From: Octopus vulgaris
Lineage: Eukaryota
DNA: 64,000 bases
Reading direction: 5' to 3'
Assembly (NCBI GenBank): GCA_951406725.2
Contig: OX597814.1
Coordinates: 120,404,001 to 120,468,000 of the forward strand
The stretch's first letter is position 1, and each line of letters starts with the position of its first letter. Below the pieces are notes generated by a model. That model had not been told where the DNA came from and ran no database searches. It saw only the letters and a list, made by a program, of their open reading frames with translations. Positions 12,746 to 26,122 of this stretch are shown here, piece after piece. Both the position numbers and the translations under genes were made by a program.

Positions 12746-14963
12746 ATATGTATATACTCAGCAATTGCATATACATATGAAATATATGTATATATATATA
12801 TATAGGACTAAAGATTCCCGTTCTAAAGCTTATAGATAAATTTCAATACATAATTGTTTCTTCCCACAGAAGCAGTAGCATTTACTAAACCGAATATGCA
12901 GAACAAAAGATTATTAAGAATGCAAAATGAACTTTCTTACTTATGCATGAAAACATACTTTTCGTTAGCTAAAATTGAAACTGCTAAATTTACTATGAAT
13001 GTTTGACTTCCAAATTTTAGAGGTCAAAGTAAATTTTATGTGTAACTTATTTTAGTGACTACCTGGCAGCGAAAACTCGTGTGTCGCAAAATGGCTGTCA
13101 GCATATATCACAAACAAAATATCTTCGTTTCAAAAAAAACTGCAGGCTTTAAATATAACAGCAATTTAAGAGAAATACTAACCAGTACCTAGCATTCTAA
13201 TGGCAACTCCGTTTGTCTTTTGCTTTTTTTTTTTGAACGTTCTACTCCTAAGAACAGCAGGAAGAGAGGTAAGCTCTGTTCGTTTTGCAATGACGTGGCC
13301 AAATCTATATCAATAAGAAATGTTAACAGAGATGTTATGATTTATATATACAGCGAGATCTGTAACGATTCCCATTTGTTATACGCAAACGTATGCACTA
13401 AATACAACCAGATTTATGCTGGTTACACAACAGAGAAATTAATCAAAATATTTCATGTGCGTGAAATCTGATAGAATAAAATTACTTCGACGCAACATGC
13501 TGGGCATTTTAGCTGAAGCGACTGTAAAATTCCTGAACACCTGAAAAGATATATTCTCAGAAAATATTCTGATTCAACCTGATTCTCAGTCTTCAAAACA
13601 CATGAAGATAAATACATTTGTGAGTTATAATGCACAGGAGAGATGAACTATATGACATAGAAATTTCACCAGATTTATACAAAATTTTTTGACTATGTTG
13701 TCTTAGCATTTGTCTTGTTTTCTGCACTTGAAACTTCACTTCTTTTTTGTGTAGATAGGAAAAAGGATACTGCAGTTGAAATTTTTTTGTATTTTTTTTC
13801 ATATTTTTCATAATTCTATTCTTACTTTTCACCTGATGAAGTCAGACGTACTGACCTAATATCGCATTTCGCACTTGTAATTGTGTATTTATCCACGTGA
13901 AGAGTTTCGTCAATTTAAAAGAATAAATACATGAATAATAATGAATCTTTAGTATTGCCACATAAAACTTCTCCTCCTTAACTTATTTAAGTTATAAAAG
14001 CGCAGCATAAATTTTAATTAAATATAAAAACAAGTAATCAGCAATATTTAATGATCTCTGGTTTGAATAACATAATATTTATAACAGTAATTATAAAATT
14101 TACAATTCTCAGAACTGACACAAGTATGTCTACGTATCTCAAACATGGAGTTACTCGTTAAAACTAGTTAATTCAAGGACAAAAATCTTCTAAGTAATTC
14201 TAGTTTATGCGCTAACTACCCAATTACAAAATGTTGTCAAAGTGAAAATATGTATTTCAACCAAGTATAATTTGAATTCATAACATTTCTAAACTTTTCA
14301 TAGGATTTGACACAAATATTTCTATAAATGTTATATTTGTATTGTCGCTCATACTTTAATAAAATGCAAGTATTCAACTTCGCGTGATGAATATATTTCT
14401 AAAGTAAAATATAACAATGAATATTTAACTTACATTGGTCTACATTAAATTCTTCTATAAGCAGATAGACAAGATTTTATATTCTATTTCATTATAAAAT
14501 AAATAAATGCAAGTTTGCAATTCACTGAACGCATTAATATTATTGAACTTTTTTCCTAATTATACTAAACGAAACAGCAGTAGATTTAGTACACAGGAAA
14601 TGAATCATTATAAATTAGGTCTTAATGGTAGCGACATCAACGTAAATAACAATAATAATAAATCTGTCGCCATAGAACAATTTGCATAAATTTAACTATA
14701 TTTTATAATATTGTTTATTCTATGCTGAATTCACTTTATTCATATTCACATTACATTATCATAAATTGTAGCATTAGTTTACGTTTCCATTTTCAGTTAT
14801 TTTCGTTTTAAAAAAATTCATGTATTCACTCTTTGTACTTGGTTGTATGTAAGTATACGTACATTTAGTTTTTTTCTCTACTTATATATAGATATTTGCG
14901 TATAATATTTTTGTATGTCTTCATATTATATTTGCATTCACCACCGTCTCTCGTTGTACAAAT

Positions 14964-15017
<54 letters not shown>

Positions 15018-15044
15018 TCTCATATATATATATATATGTGCGTG

Positions 15045-15252
15045 TAGATTCAGATGAATATGATACTTAATTTGAGGCACCAGAATTGTGTATGGCATTA
15101 TCCATAAAATTTCAAAGTAAGGTGATTAAAATCAAAATAAGCAACAAGGATATCCAGAGGTAATGCAGTACGATCGTTTCATGCAACTCTGGAGTTGCAT
15201 GAAACAATCGTACATGATTAACTTTGGATACCCTTGCTGCTTATTTTGATCA
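15045..15252. mobile_element. Very short Penelope-like pLTR with fold-back (inverted arms 15141-15189 and 15192-15240)
   Basis: Near-perfect palindrome centred at 15190 containing the hammerhead 3' half GAAAC-GATC-GTA; related to 26692-26856. Confidence 0.55.
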
Positions 15253-15846
15253 TATATATATATATATATGTATGTATGTATGTAAGTATGTATATGTTAA
15301 CGCATATATATATATATACACGCGCACATACACATGCACACAATCACACACACACTCACACACAAACGCACACATACACATTCACACACTTGCACGTACA
15401 CACGTACAAAACCACATACCCAAGCACTGCAATATTATTTTGATAAAAGCACGAGTTGAGATGAAAACAAGTTTACCTAATCTATATATGTTAATATATG
15501 TATAAAATCTTCCAGATATGTTGTTTGTATGGGTATGTATAAATATTCGCATCTATATATTTAGGGATATTGCACTGAAGACAGCAAGGGGTTCCACAAC
15601 ACTATTCCAGGAAGCGATCCACAGTTAAACACCTTTTTAAAAAAAATCTTATTTTTCATCTGCCCTCATGTAACCTGTGCTAACAGAGTATAGATGGGGT
15701 ATTAAGATCAATTTAGCGTCCGTTTCCAGCGTATTAGTGGGGTTTATCTGCACCCTTCATATAATTATAAATTAGTATAAATTGTTGCCTGTAAGGTTTT
15801 TATTTCCCGCAGGCCATTTGATAATATCATTAAAGTGATTTTATCC

Positions 15847-15886
<40 letters not shown>

Positions 15887-16093
15887 CAATATATGTGTGC
15901 TTGCTGATAATGGCGTCATTGCATATTATATCTAGTGTTTCTTTCAAGCAAAGGTTACACGCTTTTCAGTATGTATTATGCGTATGTATTCGTATTCTTG
16001 ACTGAATCATGTACTCTGTTTGTATGATTGTGTTTGTGATCGGCCCAAATTAGGTCAGGGAGAGATTTCTCTTGTATATTGCACACTACACAG

Positions 16094-16139
<46 letters not shown>

Positions 16140-16389
16140 GTGTGTGTGTATGTGTATATATATATATATATATAAGCTTAAAAGCCACCCCATCGGGTGG
16201 ATTTTGTGCTGGCTCTTGTGGAGGGCTATTCATTATGCCATGGGCCCAACAATGACACTTCATGCATTGAGCACATATTAAATTCTATTAACCTTCAACA
16301 ATATTTTTCAAGCAATGACAAATTTTCTTCTAAACAATGATATAATTTATCGACTTGGAACTTATTGTATAGCTGCATGATAAACAACA

Positions 16390-16640
16390 GTACCACTAGC
16401 ATCACCACCATAAGTGCCATACACACACCATGTAAACCTCTGACGCCACCACCATCAATGCCTTTGACTTCGCCGCTTTCCCCTCCATCACCGTCACCAC
16501 TGTCTTTCACATTGATTACTCTCACTTCATCCCTCATCCCCACGGCTACAACAACCACCACCACCACCATCATCACCACCTCATCCGCCTCTATCTCAAC
16601 TACAGCTCATACTATTACCATCGCTACATTACCATCACAA
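16390..16640. repeat. Degenerate (ACC/ATC)n trinucleotide low-complexity tract
   Basis: Seen directly; explains the Thr/Ser/Pro-rich and Val/Gly-rich ORFs. Confidence 0.8.
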
Positions 16641-17027
16641 AATGCTAAATGTGTGTTTATTCAGTATGTTACTTCAGCCTGTTAGTTCTGGAATCACTCC
16701 CTCTCTCTTTCATATACCCACACTTTCTCTCTCCCTCCCTTATCATTACTCCCACTAATATCATCAACACTACTACTTTTAATAAAGACAACATCAACTC
16801 TCCCTAAATTTCGTTGTCTCTTTCTCTCCGTCTCTTTTTCTTCCCCCTCTCTCTCACTCGCCCTGTCTTCGCTACTACTCGTACCGTCTCTATTTCAACT
16901 ATTACTCTCACCTCAACATGAGCAATAGCAGGAATGTTAATGAATAGTGTGAGAGGGGAGGGGGGCGAAGTGTGACACACTGACACACAGAAATTACTTT
17001 TCGTTTGTATATATTTACACACACACA

Positions 17028-17272
17028 CATCATCATCATCATCATTCATCATTGTTCGACCGTGGTCGAGACAATGGAATTTACCATGCTACGCCAGACT
17101 TCACGGTCCATCATGGCATTACAGAGGTCCTGTTGCTGGAAGCCTGTATCCCTGAAGATTACATCAGGGTAGGAGAGTGTGCGCCCTCTGGTATTGCGAG
17201 TAGATGGCTTCCAGAGGAGAAGAGTAGAAATTGCCTCGTTTTCAGCTCTACAACAATGTCCAGCAAACTGGA

Positions 17273-17277
<5 letters not shown>
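17028..17277 (-). mobile_element. RTE-clade LINE 3' end with (TGA)n tail, inserted in (CA)n
   Basis: Translates RVQFAGHCCRAENEAISTLLLWKP...RGRTLSYPDVIFRDTG...AMMDREVWR, then a stop and a (TGA)n tail. Confidence 0.85.
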
Positions 17278-17336
<59 letters not shown>

Positions 17337-18285
17337 TGCGTTTATTTATTTTCGTGGGTCCTTTAACCTATTATAAAAGAGAAAAACAGACGGTAACTCC
17401 TACAGTCTCGTTGCAGCATGAAAATGTTTGTGCCTCTTATTATAAGTGTCTGTTTTCTATTACTTTATGTTCAACTTTCGAACATTCTTTTTTCCAGTTT
17501 GAAGTACTTTCATATCGATCATCTATCGGTAATTGTTAGACTCTCTTCGATTGCGTTCATAATTTCTTACATTATGTATATAAATTTTATATTTACCTTT
17601 AGTTTTTCATTTCTTTTCGCTTTCTCTTCTAGAATGCTAACTTTGAATTTATGCTTATATTACTTCTTTATACATAATCATAAAGCATATTAGTATATTT
17701 CGCTTTCGTGGTGTAAGTCTATAAAAATTAATTTTATGCTATGTAAATTAAGTGTGGTGGCAAAGAAACTGAAAGTATAGGCATGAATTAATCTATAAAT
17801 AATGTAGTTAATGTTATATGTATCTATCTATATCGACTTAGATTTCTAATTACACTACCGTGTTTACTCCGCAGTAATAAAAATGAAATTTTCAACGATG
17901 GAAAACAAGATCAAATGTCGAAATGTTCCTCAATGAATAATGAGTTTTTTTTTTTTTTACATATTTGAAATATTGCTGAGCTAATCTGTATGTGTATATA
18001 TGTATATATACAAGATAAGGAGTTGGTTTTGCGTCTCGACGCGTGTGTATGTAGGTAGGAGTATTAAATTATATTAACATACCTAATGATGGTGTGTTAT
18101 TCCGAAGATTTTCAAGATAATACGATGTAAGATTTATGCAGTATAGTACTGCATTTTATATATAACCATATGAATAACTGTGTCGAGGAACGTACGTCAG
18201 TATTTATATACACTAGAATCAACTTATCAATCTGTACACACTCAGAAGCACACACAAACGCACGTGTGTGTATACATACACACAT

Positions 18286-18319
<34 letters not shown>

Positions 18320-19687
18320 CATCGGGACGCATCCTTTTCTTCTGCTTCTTGTGGAAAGGATGCGTCCCGATGGTCAGGCGATCCATTTGCTGTCAACACC
18401 CGTTAAAAGGAGGGCTGGGCATGCCGTGGTTGATGATGCACAGACACGCGCTGAGACTGCGACATCTCCGGCTCTATGTAGACGACGGTGAACAGGTGTG
18501 GTCGTCGTTTGTGAGGCACGCATTCCCGCAACTCGTCTCCATGACCGAACTGCAGTCGTGGATCAAAAAGAGGCCGAGGAAGGGCGAATGGCACCGCGAG
18601 TGTCGCGTTGCTCTCAAGCAACTCTGCCGTCCCGGGTCGACCTTGAGTGACTTCAACACAACCAAAGCATTCTATAGGGGATTAGTGGAGGGGAGGTACG
18701 ACGACGAGCTCGGGGCAAACCTGGGCGTCGACGAGGAATACCTGAGCAGCCTGTTTCAAACGACTTTCGGCCCGGGACCTATGGACAACTTCCAGAGATC
18801 CCTGGCCTGGCGGTGCTACCGAGAAGCGCTACCCGTTCGGGATAAGCACTATAGGCATGGCTCGAGAAACACGGGGCCGACCTGCCCGAGATGCGGGCAG
18901 TGCGACGAAACCGCTCTGCACGCAATCGTGCAGTGTCCAGCAATTTCCGACCTGTGGGCTTATGTAGAACGACTGCTGTCACGTGTGGGACGTGTCGGTT
19001 TATCAGCCGAGTCTATCGTTAATATCGTCACGCCTCCTTCCTTCAAACGGGAAGGAAGAGCTATTTTTATCATACTTGTGGCTATGGCGAAAGAATGTAT
19101 CTGGTGGACGCGCCTGAAAGGATTAGAGACAAACACTTTCCTCTCTGGTCAATATCTCATCAACTTCTTCAAGTATCACTTGAAGAGGAAAGTGAGAGTA
19201 GAGAGGCAATTTTTGTCTAGTGAATGTTTTAAAAAAGATGGGTGAATGTAGCGAGGATGGCACGTATGAATGACGAAGCCACCTTGACTATGATTCTATG
19301 AACCGTAAAAATTAATACAGAGAGTTGCTTATTTGCCAAAAAAAAATAAAAGAAAGAAATATAACATGTGACTTCATTGACCAAGGTTACTGTGGTCTTT
19401 TCCGTAGGCTTTTCTTTCCACGGGTAAACCTCACCTGTCCTCCCCTTTACACTTCATATTGACATTTAAGTGATTACGATCCCTATTGATCAACTTTTTT
19501 TCCTCTCCCCTTTTCTTTTTTTTCCCTCTCCCCCCTTTTTTTTTAAATCCTCCCCTTTTTTGTCCTCTTTCTTTCCTTTTACTATCCCTTTTGATCGAAA
19601 ACCAACCCCATTTTTTTTACCCCCAAAAGAAAGGCTCTACCTTATAATTTGTTCTGTCTGTGTGCAGCCCTGTGTAGCTAATAAAGA

Positions 19688-19690
<3 letters not shown>
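18320..19690 (+). mobile_element. 5'-truncated L1/Tx1-clade LINE (ORF2 C-terminus with zf-RVT-type zinc finger, plus 3' UTR)
   Basis: Motifs PLKGGLGMP, AWRCYREALPVRD and CPRCGQCDETALHAIVQCP. A 1-nt deletion near 19235 relative to the second copy. Polypyrimidine 3' UTR ends AATAAAGAAAC, then (AT)n. Confidence 0.9.
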
Positions 19691-19739
<49 letters not shown>

Positions 19740-20560
19740 TAAAATTTTTTCGTAATGAGATGAAAAAAACAAAGGCTGTATACATTGTAGAACGTTTGTA
19801 AATAGAATGTCTTACAGCTGTTTCTAGGATATTTATTATATCCTTTCATCGGAGATGGTGTGAGAAGATGGTTAAGCAATAGTTAATTTAGATAAGCTAC
19901 GAAGTAGAGAGGGAGGTAGGGAAATGAAAATAGATGTGAGATATGCAGTGATATTGTATTTGTTGATCCAATTTTTTAGACAGAATGGTATACATATAAG
20001 ATTCCAATACCTTGTGAGTAAAATCCAATAGTATTTAAAATTGGTCATTCCAAGTATAGAGTTTATACAAAGCGTTATTGAATCAAGGGTTTTAATCATA
20101 GTGACCTAAAAGTAGGGAATGTATTAGCAGGGTCAAATCGAAAACAGGAAGAGAGGAATAAAGAAAGAGAAAACAGAACAAAAAGAAAAGCAAAAAAGAG
20201 AAAAGGAAGAGAAGAAAATAAGAAAATGCATAATAAAATAATAAAATAATAAAAAAGAAATAAAAAATAAGAAAGAACAAGAAGAGAGTAATGAAGTAAG
20301 GGAACCAGTTAGTGGTCAGTCGAGATAATTTGATAGTAGGAACGGGGAGGTAAGGGTGATAGAGAGAGAAATGTATTAGAGTGTAATAAGAGAGAAGGAA
20401 TGGGGGTGATAGAGAGAGAGAGAGGTATAAAAACTAAAGGGTTGTCAATTATGCAGTTATAGAGTCTAAGTAGGGGTAGTAGTATGGAATGAAGAATTTA
20501 GGAATTTGGGTGGTTGGACAGGTCAGTGTTTAGTAGTAGAAGAAAATATATATGTGAAGA
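19740..20560 (-). mobile_element. Penelope-like non-autonomous fragment
   Basis: Lies between (TA)n tracts, carries the hammerhead at 19810-19855 and has a purine/pyrimidine-skewed low-complexity body. Confidence 0.5.
19810..19855 (-). ncRNA. Minimal hammerhead, loop AGCU, with a U4C core change
   Basis: UCU-CCGAUGA-A-AGGAUAU-AAUAA-AUAUCCU-A-GAAAC-AGCU-GUA|AGA. Confidence 0.6.
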
Positions 20561-20581
20561 TGTATACATATGTATATATTA

Positions 20582-20639
<58 letters not shown>

Positions 20640-20689
20640 AAAGTAAAAAATATATATACAAACTGGGAAAAGAACGTGAAACACCTAGA

Positions 20690-20735
<46 letters not shown>

Positions 20736-21064
20736 TTTATAGAAGGAGCTTCTAAAGGACTAGAACTGTTTCATTCAAAAGAAATCACCAGGAAGCTAGG
20801 TGACAAGAATAGTTTTGGCATTTATCACATTTAGGCAGGTTTAAAGGGGTGGTGGTGGGGGACTTTTTGGGGTAGACATGGCGCAAACTATCATTCTAAG
20901 GGGAGTGGTCAAAGGAATCAGTGATAAAGTAGATAAAAGAATAAATAGAATAATAGAGTTTTAGGTAAATAAGGAGACTCTCACTTACATATATATATAT
21001 ACGCATACACGCACACACACACATATATATATATACATACACACATACATATATATATATATAT

Positions 21065-21117
<53 letters not shown>

Positions 21118-22345
21118 TACATACACATACACACATACATCCATATACACATGTACATATGCACCCATTTACATACATCTACGTACACGCCCATATCCAT
21201 ACTCATACATACACTCATATCTCTACACACATATATAAAAAAATATAAATATAAATACAAAAACAAATTTAAAGGAGGATATACACCCCCATACTCACAC
21301 GCTCACATATCTATATATCAGGGCCGTGCACTCTCAGTTGCATGCCCTGTAACTTTTTTATCCATATGATCGGAAAATTAGATAAAATAGTTACTTTGTT
21401 TCAAAGAAAATCCGTCCAGTTGTATTTTGTCTCCCCTTCCCTCTCAGTGACTCTACTTCTGCTTTTAGAAGTCATGCATTGACAAGACCAGCATGTTAGA
21501 CACTCCCTCTCTGTCTCAGTTTGTCCTTCCTTCCTCTCTCTCTCTCTCTTAGTGACTGTTTAAAAGACATGCTAAGAGGATAGGGCATTTGAAATATTTT
21601 TACCCCCTTCCTCTTTCTTTTAGTGGCTATGCTGTGGGACGACCCGCATGACCTCCCTCTCTGTCTCTTAGTTTGTCCCTCCTTCCTCTCTCTCTTTTAG
21701 TGAATTGATAAAACAGATGCTAGGAGGAAAGGTTGTTCATAATATTTTGTACCCCCTTCGTCTTTCTCTCAGTTGCATGTCATGCTATGAGCTGACCGCA
21801 TGATACCCACTTTCTGTATCTTTCTGTTTTGTTGAAATTGACTTACAATTTACGCCGGCGCTTCCACGTGTGTTCGTATATTTTCGTATATTTTACGAAA
21901 TGAGTGAAATGTGTTATAAACGATATTTTGAGAAATAGTTTTTCGAAAGGAGAATTCGATGGAAAATAATTAATTATATCGGTGGGAGACCAACACCGAA
22001 AAGGGCTAATGCATTAGATAACATTGTAAAAAAAAGATTTCCGAAGGCAACAGCCTCACGGCTTATTATTACCACAAAGTAAAAATTATCATTTCATAAT
22101 CAGCCTTTTTGAGCACATCATTGAAAATCCTGAAGCATGGGATGATACCACCATAAATTCAGCAATTGGATTCTTACAAACTTTAAAAGCTCCTGATTTC
22201 TTATTTTTGTTAGAAGTATTCAGTGAGATTTTTTCTTTTTTCATATTTAACATCCTCCAGAGTAAAAGTCATAACATAGTGTATTGTAAAGATCAAATAG
22301 ATAAAACTAGAACTGTACTCGAAAACAAACTTGATAATTTTTCAA

Positions 22346-22667
22346 TCTCTTTTACTTGTTTCAGTCATTTGACTGCGGCCATGCTCGAGCACCGCCTTTA
22401 ATCGAGCAACTCGACCCTGGGACTTATTCTATCGGTCTATTTTGCCGAACCGCTAAGTAACGGGGACATAAACACACCAGCATCGGTTGCCAAGCAATGC
22501 TAGGGGGACAAACACAGACGCACAAACACACACACGCATATATATACTTATATACCACGGGCTTCTTTCAGTTTCCGTCTACCAAATCCACTCACAAGGC
22601 TTTGGTCGGCCCGAGACTATAGTAGAAGACCCTTGCCCAAGGTGCCACGCAGTGGAACTGAACCCGG
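22346..22667 (-). mobile_element. SINE family A inserted into the hAT transposase remnant
   Basis: Matches family A; the transposase frame resumes after it. Confidence 0.85.
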
Positions 22668-22884
22668 GGGGAAAAATATGGAGTCGATGCAGGAATCGGA
22701 ATTCAGAGATCCAAGAATATATCTATTGAGCCCCAACGACATTATAAAATGCTTTATAACAAAATTATCAGTACAATAGTCGACCAAATAAAAGCACGAT
22801 ATTCATCCTTAGAAGAGTTTAAATTCATGGAACTTTCGAATTTCAACAAATTTGATGAGTATTGCAAACAATTTAAAAACCATG

Positions 22885-23128
22885 GGTACTATTTAAGAAG
22901 AGTGGTCCCGTTGCGCGCACTCGAGCATCCACGCCAGCTAGTCGTGACTAGTCGATCCTTACTTTGTGTTTTATTTACTTTGTTAAAAACATTATTTACT
23001 CTGTGTTTTATATATTTTGTTTAAAAAATTTATTTACTTTGTTAGATAGTCGTAGGATCGACTAGTCACGACTAGCCAGCGCGGATGCGCGAGCGCGCGC
23101 AACGGGACCACTCTTCTTAAATAGTACC
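22885..23128. mobile_element. MITE with GC-rich TIRs of about 75 bp and an AT-rich core, nested in the hAT
   Basis: GGTACTATTTAAGAAGAGTGGTCCCGTTGCGCGC...GATCCT with its reverse complement at the other end; no clear TSD. Confidence 0.8.
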
Positions 23129-23474
23129 AGGGCGACGTTTTTTTTTTATTCTAGGTCATACGGGGGTGATTGCATATTCAGAATCTCCCATATGTAAATC
23201 GTAGGAATTCCCAAATTTTTTTTACTGAAAAATTGCCCCCGGGGGGGGGGGGGGCAAAGAAATTCATTGCATGCCCAGCCCCGGAAGTCACCGCACGCCA
23301 CTGCTATATAGCGCACGCCACTGCTATATATATATATATATATATATATATAGGTGAGTTGAGTATAGAAATTCGGGGTGAGTACTTGATAATTATAAGC
23401 ACCTGTGTATACCGTTTGGTGGTGTAGGTGGTGGAGTAAATTGATCAAAATAAAAACATGATGCCAAGGATTCA

Positions 23475-23552
23475 GCGGTACATATGTTTCGGGCCTTTAT
23501 TAGACAGATTTATAACAATGCATAATGTATGTCTGTGGCCTTCTTCAGCCGC
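23475..23552 (-). ncRNA. Minimal type I hammerhead ribozyme (loop AUAU)
   Basis: GCGG-CUGAAGA-A-GGCC...GGCC-C-GAAAC-AUAU-GUA|CCGC; core intact, 4-bp GC stem I. Confidence 0.8.
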
Positions 23553-25228
23553 GCACAACAGCTTCCACAAGGACATGTGTTACATCAGAAATTCTTGGTT
23601 GGGGATGCAAATCCTCTCATTCGCGTACGACATAATGCGGCAGCAGCATAGAATTGAAGCGTCTATCTCTTTCTTCTCTCAATGTAGAATGAGGAAATTT
23701 GGATGTTGAAGTAATGTAAATAAATAAATACATATATAGACGTGAAGATGGAGGGGCGAGAATTCAGGACGAGGGATAAAAAATGTATAAAAAGTGTAAG
23801 TATAGAAAAATATAAAAATGTAGAGTATAAAGATATAAAGGGATATAAGGAGATGTAAAGGGGGTATAAAGAATATAAAGAAATATAAAGAAATATAAAT
23901 GAACGTAAAGGCATAAGGTTATAAAGTAAAAATAGAAATAGAAATAAAAGTAAAAAGTAAAAAAATAAAAATAGGAATAAACATGATAAAAATGTAAAAA
24001 AATATAAAGATAAGGGATGTATAGATGTTACGGACCAAACATGGTGGTCAGGAGATTGATAAAATTTAGTTGTAGAAGTTTTGGGTGTCAATAAATCAAC
24101 AGGGTCGTCTGGGGACCTAGTGTGTTGTAAATCAGAGCTGTTGAGCGTTTAATCTAGTTCTTTGAATTAATTGGTCATCTTGTACATACATACCATCATG
24201 GATACATACACCCATATACACGCGTACGTATACGCGCGCATACACGGCTCCAAGCCTATAAGCATACACACGCACTCACGTGTAAACATGTACATAAACA
24301 CACATACACCCACACGCACGCGCGTACATATACATACATACAACAGAATATCCGCATGTATACACGGACATTATACGTGTACACACCCATATATACATAC
24401 GTGCGTCCATCCTTACATACACATACACATATGCCCACGCTTCCAGGTTTAGATATAAGATATTAAAAGATGTATACAAATAGGTGTAAACATATGAATA
24501 TAAGAAAACATGTAAAAAAATGTAAAGAAATACGGGGCATGCACATCCAGACGTAGATGCTTACTCGTACATATGTACATATATGTGTACGTATACATAC
24601 GTACACGGACGCTCGTATAATCATAAAGCGGATCCATAGGTAAGTAAATAAGGGATAAGCAAAAAAAAAAAAGACATATATAGAGATATAAAGCGATAAG
24701 TTAGGGGTAAGAATGAGGGTAAGAGTAAAAATTAGAAATAAAAGTAAGAAATACAATATAAAATAAGAAATACAATGTAAAAGTTAGAAATGAAATATAA
24801 AAATTATAAAAATTATAAGAATTAAGATAAGGGATGAAAATAAAAATGAGAATAAAGGTAAAGCGAAGTAGAATAGGATAAAGCAAAATAAAAGTAAAAA
24901 TAAATATAAAATACAAATAAAATAAAATAAAAATATAATCTGGTAAAGTTTAACATGAGATGAAGGTGGTTGAAAGTTAGAGGTGTGTGTTAAAGGTGCC
25001 CACGTAGGGGCGGGCGGGGGGAACTAAAAATTGGAATGGTGGGAAGTGGAGTATGGCGGTGTGCGTTCAACATCCGAGTTAGAAATGTGAAAGGGTATAG
25101 ATATAGGGAAATAAAGAGACTATATAGGAAGGATATGGGTGTAGGAGAAGAAATATGTAGGGAAAAAAAGACATATATGGGAGACAAAATGTGTATATAT
25201 AGGGAAACATATATGCACATACACACAT

Positions 25229-25271
<43 letters not shown>

Positions 25272-25414
25272 CATATACATACACATATGTGCACATACAT
25301 ATATATACGCACACATATACACATATACACGCACATATAGGAAAGCGGGATGTGCTGGAGCCGACAGGTTGCACCGGGTGGGAGGAAATTGCATGGGGTA
25401 GTTGGTATAATAAC

Positions 25415-25717
25415 CTAAGCTTTGTAGTATTTGAAAGTATTAATAAGTTTGTGTATACAGGATGGTTTGAACTCTGACCTTTTGTTAATAAGATTGTGTT
25501 TGTCTTTGAATTTCAAGATGTTCAGGAGTTCTACACAACATAGTTGGCATCCCGCTCTATTATTTAAATAAGGTGCAGCTGATCCGATGATGGACCACCT
25601 GAGTTTGAAGCCTATGCATTTGTCTTTTAATTCCCAAATTTTTTTAGAAAGGGAGGTGCTGTTAGCCTTATGTCTGTGTTTCAGCGAGGACCGGTGGTTG
25701 TAGTATCTGGATTTCTT
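25415..25717 (-). pseudogene. Penelope GIY-YIG endonuclease C-terminal fragment
   Basis: Open frame without ATG: RYYNHRSSLKHRHKANSTSLSKKIWELKDK...WSIIGSAAPY...CQLCCVE...LINKRSEFKPSCIH. Confidence 0.85.
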
Positions 25718-26029
25718 TTATATTTTTTACAGTTTATATTTTTATGTTTACAATTATTTTCTTATGACTATATAATATCATCACTATTATATATTATAAT
25801 TTTTATTCCTACATATTATTAATCTATATGCATATTTATAGGCATAAGTCACGTTTGAATTTAGTTTTGTAAATTTTTAATTTTTAATCAATTAAATTAT
25901 GGCTTGCAGAGCAAGGTTCGGTGAATTTATCTGCACACACGTATATTTGTCTGTTAATTACATTCGTAACTGTTAAAACATTAAAATATTGAAATTGTTA
26001 TTGAATTATAATAATATTGAATTATAATA

Positions 26030-26122
26030 AACCTGACGATTGGGGTTGCAGTTAAGTCATGTTCCTGTAAAAGACTGAGTGTCTAAGGAAGGTTAAACGC
26101 ACCTCAAGAAACAGGTGTAGAA
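26030..26122 (+). ncRNA. Degenerate hammerhead in a pLTR fragment (about 25800-26290)
   Basis: CUGACGA-UUGGGGUUGC...GCACCUCAA-GAAAC-AGGU-GUA; stem I is lost and the loop palindrome is broken (probably from AGCU). Confidence 0.45.

Larger units (their letters stand above)
21319..23323 (+). mobile_element. Internally deleted hAT DNA transposon (ZMYM1-like transposase remnants)
   Basis: Imperfect TIRs CAGGGCCGTGC / GCACGCCACTG and 8-bp TSD CTATATAT (21311-21318, 23324-23331). Remnants include GRPTP, LFEHIIENPEAWDDTTINSAIGFLQTLKAPDFLFLLEVFSEIF..IFNILQSK and YKMLYNKIISTIVDQIKARY. Subterminal repeats of about 150 bp lie at 21430-21810. Confidence 0.85.
23352..25717 (-). mobile_element. 5'-truncated Penelope-like element: GIY-YIG C-terminus, long low-complexity 3' region and hammerhead pLTR
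   Basis: GIY-YIG remnant at 25415-25717 and hammerhead at 23475-23552 on the same strand; ends at (TA)n. That both parts belong to one insertion is an inference. Confidence 0.6.

Noticed and set aside
13833-13860. CTGATGA-A-GTCAG-ACGTA-CTGAC hammerhead-like half
   Set aside because: The GAAA core and stem III are missing, so it is not counted as a ribozyme.
16295-16685. Mucin-like Thr/Ser/Pro ORF
   Set aside because: It is a degenerate trinucleotide repeat open on both strands, with no splice or domain support.
20748-20797. Possible minus-strand hammerhead (CTGGTGA...GAAAC, stem AGCTTC/GAAGCT)
   Set aside because: Too degenerate in core and stem III geometry to call.
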